A stretch of DNA of 53,737 nucleotides from Anaerolineales bacterium (lineage in GTDB: Bacteria; Chloroflexota; Anaerolineae; Anaerolineales; UBA11858): positions 1 through 53,737 of the forward strand of contig JAIORG010000230.1 of NCBI GenBank assembly GCA_021108255.1, given 5' to 3'. Made by a program: the position numbers and the translations under genes. How positions within the stretch are numbered: the first letter of the stretch is position 1; every line of letters begins with the position of its first letter. The notes beneath the pieces are model-generated. The model did not search any database and was not told the origin of the DNA. It saw only the letters and a list, made by a program, of their open reading frames with translations. Shown here one piece after another: positions 49,699 to 53,737 of this stretch.

Positions 49699-50411
49699 TT
49701 TCCCAGCGAGTTGATTGGCAGTTGAACCGACATACGGCGTATCATATCATTACCGTCTGGTGTTACTCTTAAAACTATAATACTGATATCGTCACGTGGT
49801 CGCCCCCGATCAAGCTTAAGGGCATGATTGATTAAGGAATCTGCGATTTTGCTTGGAGAAGGATTTTCGTCTTCCAATTCTACTTTTACACAGGTGGTGA
49901 CATCCATAGAATCACCAAAATATGAACCAGCATGTACAAGGCCATCTGTGAAAGCCACAACAGTTATTCCCGCTTCTAGAGGAATTTCAGAAATACTGGG
50001 TCTGGTATCCCGTCTCAATCCCACTACATCAGATTCTTCCGAGAGCAGTTTAATCTTGTTCCCATAAGCAATAACCAGGGGAGCAGGGTTATTCCGGGTA
50101 ATCACAAGAGTTCCAGTTTGTAAGTCAGCAGAAAGAATATTCAATGTGGCAGAAACCCGTCCTCCACGTTCAGTAAAAAGTGCATCAGATGCTGCTCTGG
50201 CTGCTGCGCCATCCCGAATCCCATCGGCCAGGAGCTGGATCACTTTTCTCACTACAAGACTTGAAACCCATTTGGCGCCTTTGCCCGAACTCTGCCCGTC
50301 TGCTAAAACAACCGACATTCCGCCATTAGGTCTTTCAATTACTTCAGCAGTATCACCGCTCGAAGAGGTGGCGTATTTTTTTATCTTTGAAATCGCGATT
50401 TGGACTTCCAT
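49695..50411 (-). CDS. PP2C/SpoIIE-like phosphatase domain protein
   Basis: SGD, LADGQSSG, FTDG, RDDISI metal-binding aspartates. Confidence 0.85.
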   Translation of the reverse strand: MEVQIAISKIKKYATSSSGDTAEVIERPNGGMSVVLADGQSSGKGAKWVSSLVVRKVIQLLADGIRDGAAARAASDALFTERGGRVSATLNILSADLQTGTLVITRNNPAPLVIAYGNKIKLLSEESDVVGLRRDTRPSISEIPLEAGITVVAFTDGLVHAGSYFGDSMDVTTCVKVELEDENPSPSKIADSLINHALKLDRGRPRDDISIIVLRVTPDGNDMIRRMSVQLPINSLGK

Positions 50412-50524
50412 GATTAAATTTTACTTTATCATTCAATAATTGAAAAGCCATGATTCCCAGCTTAAACTTCGTTCTCACGGTTGAGATCCAGGGCAGGGCT
50501 ATCCTTAAAGAAAACCTGCTGCTT

Positions 50525-51892
50525 CTAGATATATTGCTGAATCAAGGGAAGAAATATGCTGGCAAGGCTTAAGAAAATCAAGAAACCTATGATATCTGTA
50601 ATCGCAGTAACCACCACTGATGAAGCAAGAGCCGGATCCTGACCAACAAATTCAAGTAGCAACGGCGCAAGTGTCCCCACTATACTTGCTACAAGCATAT
50701 TTCCACATAACGCAAGACCCAGAACAAGGCCAAGGTAAGGATTTGATTGCCAGAAACCGACACCTATCCCGACAATTATACCAATCACAGATCCCAATAT
50801 TAAACCTACTGCAATCTGGCGGATTAATATCGGCCAGACTCTTTTAGGCTCTACCTTACCAAGCGCCAAGGACCGGACAATCATGGCGACGTTCTGGCTG
50901 GCGGCATTCCCACCCTGAGCCGCAACAACAGATTGGAAAAAAGCCAACACTGCCACTTTAACAAAAAGATCTCCAAAATTGCTAATCACCCAGGATCCAA
51001 TCAAAGCTGTAACCGTGTTTAAAAGCAGCCAGGGTAAACGGCCTTTTAGCTGTTGGAATATTTTACTTTCCGGTTCCAGGGCAGAATCTGAAACGCTTGC
51101 CAGTCGATAAATGTCCTCTGTTGTCTCTTCGGCCAGCACATCCAGGATATCATCATGAGAAATTACACCCACCAGGTGCCCTTTTTTATTTAATACCGGC
51201 AGGGCAGACAAGTCATAGTGTTTCATCACTCTGGCTGCTTCTTCCTGGTCCTCCATCGCCTGGACATTAACAACATGAATATTCATTATTTCTTTAATTT
51301 CCTGATCCGGCTCCGCACAAATCAGCTCTCTTAATCCCGTTACACCCAGTAATTGTTTTTCATCATCAACTACAAAAAGATAATACGGGATATCTGTTTC
51401 CAACCCAGATGATCTTAAGTACTGAATGGCAGTTTCTGCAGTATCACCAGGATCAAGTACCAAGAAATCAGTTGTCATTCTGCCGCCAGCTGTTTCGTCA
51501 TCGTAAAGAAGCAGGGGCAGAACCTCTTCCGGTTCCTCCATTAAAGATATTGTCTTTTGTACTTCCTGCCCGGATAGATCTCCCAACAGATCAGCCGCCT
51601 CATCCGGATCCATATCATCAATAATATCTGCCAGGAAGGGCAGGGGTAAATTCCTGGCTGCAGTCAAGGTTTGCTGATCATCCAATTCATCGAAGATATC
51701 CGCAATTTCAGGGATTTCCAATTTTTGGATTAACTCTTTCTGTTTGTCCGGTTTTAGTTCATTAAATACCTTCGCCTGGTCCGCCGGATGTAACGACCGA
51801 ATGAGTTCTATAGCAACGTTATAGTCTCCCTTCTCCAGGGATTCTTCGAGGGTCAGCAAAACTGCTGGATCGGTATGTTCGTATTTGTTCAT
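50525..51892 (-). CDS. mgtE: Magnesium transporter MgtE
   Basis: HPAD, ETAGGRMT, CBS pair, RLPWL, GGNAASQ, DPALAS, TDIIG. Confidence 0.95.
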   Translation of the reverse strand: MNKYEHTDPAVLLTLEESLEKGDYNVAIELIRSLHPADQAKVFNELKPDKQKELIQKLEIPEIADIFDELDDQQTLTAARNLPLPFLADIIDDMDPDEAADLLGDLSGQEVQKTISLMEEPEEVLPLLLYDDETAGGRMTTDFLVLDPGDTAETAIQYLRSSGLETDIPYYLFVVDDEKQLLGVTGLRELICAEPDQEIKEIMNIHVVNVQAMEDQEEAARVMKHYDLSALPVLNKKGHLVGVISHDDILDVLAEETTEDIYRLASVSDSALEPESKIFQQLKGRLPWLLLNTVTALIGSWVISNFGDLFVKVAVLAFFQSVVAAQGGNAASQNVAMIVRSLALGKVEPKRVWPILIRQIAVGLILGSVIGIIVGIGVGFWQSNPYLGLVLGLALCGNMLVASIVGTLAPLLLEFVGQDPALASSVVVTAITDIIGFLIFLSLASIFLPLIQQYI

Positions 51893-51915
51893 TGTTTCAG
51901 TTCCCTCATTATGTT

Positions 51916-51953
51916 AAAACCTGGCAGAACTATATCTATAGAATCTGCCAGGT
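51916..51953 (-). terminator. Hairpin with short U-tract between the NIL gene and mgtE
   Basis: ACCTGGCAGA-N15-TCTGCCAGGT followed by TTT on the minus strand. Confidence 0.55.
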
Positions 51954-51982
51954 AAACACACATATTTTCGCAGATACTTAAG

Positions 51983-52210
51983 CTAATTTGACAAGAGTAT
52001 TACCTCTATGCCTTGATCTCTGAGCCATGAGAAAGAGGACTCAATTTCTGCTGTTTTCCCAGAAATCTGGATATCCATCCATCCCTGTTCTGCTGTGACG
52101 TTCGCTCGTAGTATATTCACAGTAAAAGAATACTGCCGCAATAAACGATTGATAATCGGCTCATCATGTAAATTTGGAGGAAAGACCAAGCGGACTGATT
52201 GACTGCTCAT
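51983..52210 (-). CDS. Stand-alone NIL-domain protein
   Basis: RLVFP...EPII...VNILRANV...GW...G.EV; strong AGGAGG RBS; TGtTAAAAT promoter at 52236-52244. Confidence 0.85.
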   Translation of the reverse strand: MSSQSVRLVFPPNLHDEPIINRLLRQYSFTVNILRANVTAEQGWMDIQISGKTAEIESSFSWLRDQGIEVILLSN

Positions 52211-52319
52211 ATTGCCTCCTATCTCCTGAATTTACATTTTAACACGAAAAACAGATTCTCTACCCCTATGAAATAACAAAAAGAATCGACTTCAAGAGAA
52301 GATTATTTAACTGATTAAT

Positions 52320-53354
52320 CTAGTTGGATTCACTTGCCAGTTGCCCGCAACCTGCTTGTATATCAATCCCCCGGCGTAAACGGATGGTACAGGAAATGCC
52401 CGAATCAGTCAGAATTTTCTTGAATTTAAGCGCTTTTTCCTCTTCTGCTGGTTTCCCGCCATAATGAGAGACAGGATTCAGCTGAATTATATTGACATGA
52501 GCCAACATATCACCTACCAGATTGGACAATTTCCGAGCCTGTTCCTCGGTGTCGTTCACCCCATCAATCAACGCCCATTCAAATGTAATCCGGCGGTTAG
52601 TTTTTTGAATGTACTGGCGGCAAACTGCTATCAACTCAGTGAGTGGATACTTGCGATTTATCGGTACAATTGATGATCGCAGCAGGTCATCAGCGGCATG
52701 TAAAGAGATCGCCAAATTGATCTGTGTATTATCTTTCATGAACCGTCTTATTTCAGGAATAAGTCCAACGGTTGAAATAGTAAAACGTCTTGTGCCCATT
52801 CCAAATCCCCTGGGGTCATTCAAGATTCTCACAGCTTTCATGACTGGTTGGTAGTTATGAAACGGTTCTCCCATGCCCATGAATACTACATTTGTCAGTC
52901 TTTTCCCGTTTTGACCAAGGTCTGCAGCTGCTTTTACGACCTGCTCAATAATCTCTCCCGGGGATAAATTCCGGATAAAACCCATATTTCCCGTTGCACA
53001 AAATTTACAACCCATGCCGCATCCAACCTGGCTGGATATACATACTGTATTTCGATCTGTGTACCCCATGAGCACAGTTTCAATTGCAGCATTGTCTTCT
53101 AAACGGTAAAGGATTTTCCGTGTAGATCCATCATTGGATTGCAGGTCTTTTTCAGGGTTCAATACCCCGAAAATATATTTCTGGTCCAATTTTTTCCGCA
53201 AAGAAAGAGAAAGAGTAGTAAATTCTTCGGGATTGTTCCAGAATTTCTGGAATATTCCTTGCCAGATTTGTTGTGTCCGATATGCCGGTTCATCCCAGCT
53301 CCGGATAACTTTACTCAGTTCTTCATAATCCAGGTCAAACAGATTAGATCTCAT
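52320..53354 (-). CDS. rlmN: Dual-specificity RNA methyltransferase RlmN (radical SAM)
   Basis: CISSQVGCGMGCKFC, MGMGEP, SLHA, DIQAGCGQL. Confidence 0.96.
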   Translation of the reverse strand: MRSNLFDLDYEELSKVIRSWDEPAYRTQQIWQGIFQKFWNNPEEFTTLSLSLRKKLDQKYIFGVLNPEKDLQSNDGSTRKILYRLEDNAAIETVLMGYTDRNTVCISSQVGCGMGCKFCATGNMGFIRNLSPGEIIEQVVKAAADLGQNGKRLTNVVFMGMGEPFHNYQPVMKAVRILNDPRGFGMGTRRFTISTVGLIPEIRRFMKDNTQINLAISLHAADDLLRSSIVPINRKYPLTELIAVCRQYIQKTNRRITFEWALIDGVNDTEEQARKLSNLVGDMLAHVNIIQLNPVSHYGGKPAEEEKALKFKKILTDSGISCTIRLRRGIDIQAGCGQLASESN

Positions 53355-53737
53355 GGGCGATCACTTTTTCAATAATCTCCAGGGCATTATCAGCTATCAA
53401 ATCAGGTGGGGGTTTCCAAGCTTCAGCGGTGGATCTATCAGTTACTCCAGAGAGAACCAGGCCAGATCGCATTCCTATATTTTGTGCACCGGCAATATCG
53501 GTATCCAGCCTGTCACCAATCATTATAGCTTCAGCGGGCAAACAATCTGCTCGCTGTAAAGCCAGATTATATAGGTATGCTTTTGGCTTTCCAATTATTT
53601 CCGCTGAAGTTCCGGATGCAGTTTCTATTGCTTTTATGATAACGCCGGCGCCCGGTGCAATCCCCTCAGGGGTAGGTATTGTGATGTCTGGATTAGTTCC
53701 AAGAAAAGGTACACCTTGAAGAATCAACCTCGCTGCT
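53344..53737 (-). CDS. HAD-IIA (NagD-like) hydrolase, 5'-truncated by the window edge
   Basis: GTNPD, IGKP, MIGDRLDTDI, VLSGVT. Confidence 0.9.
   Translation of the reverse strand, partial: AARLILQGVPFLGTNPDITIPTPEGIAPGAGVIIKAIETASGTSAEIIGKPKAYLYNLALQRADCLPAEAIMIGDRLDTDIAGAQNIGMRSGLVLSGVTDRSTAEAWKPPPDLIADNALEIIEKVIAHEI

Noticed and set aside
52211-52319. SAM or other riboswitch upstream of the NIL gene
   Set aside because: No conserved riboswitch core is visible, and an extended -10 box lies only about 25 nt from the start codon.
48554-53737. Possible compositional shift (slightly more GC-rich codons) suggesting transfer or chimeric assembly
   Set aside because: Impression only and not quantified. 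The genes are housekeeping with no mobility marks. A sliding-window GC3/tetranucleotide and read-coverage analysis would be needed.

Overview
Gene-dense, AT-leaning bacterial chromosomal segment. Gene content (CpXC protein, large GH13, multi-TM GH3, FHA-wHTH regulator) suggests Chloroflexota/Anaerolineae, which is an inference. I found no rRNA, tRNA, CRISPR array or mobile element. Housekeeping genes include the relA/spoT 3' end, a heterodimeric ABC exporter, yigZ, sodN-sodX, uppP, tgt, glucokinase, yvcK, gap, pgk, trxA, mgtE and rlmN. The main signal is a concentration of DNA-processing genes. (i) A tightly packed minus-strand run encodes a degenerate UvrD-like protein, an intact UvrD-like helicase, a stand-alone Fe-S RecB-family nuclease and a long RecJ, followed by patB and an MrfB/YprB-like exonuclease. 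It looks like a split three-subunit AdnAB/AddAB-type end-resection machine. (ii) An MrfA/Hrq1 (DUF1998) helicase has an HNH endonuclease inserted inside it. (iii) There is a second RecJ. Features the ORF track misses: a nonsense-riddled pseudogene of a PstS-like binding protein (12359-13097), a deletion-frameshifted scpA, recurrent leaderless-type promoters, a 12-codon uORF coupled to a Ser/Thr kinase and a Rex-like site at the gap promoter. All functional calls come from motif recognition by eye; no searches were run.
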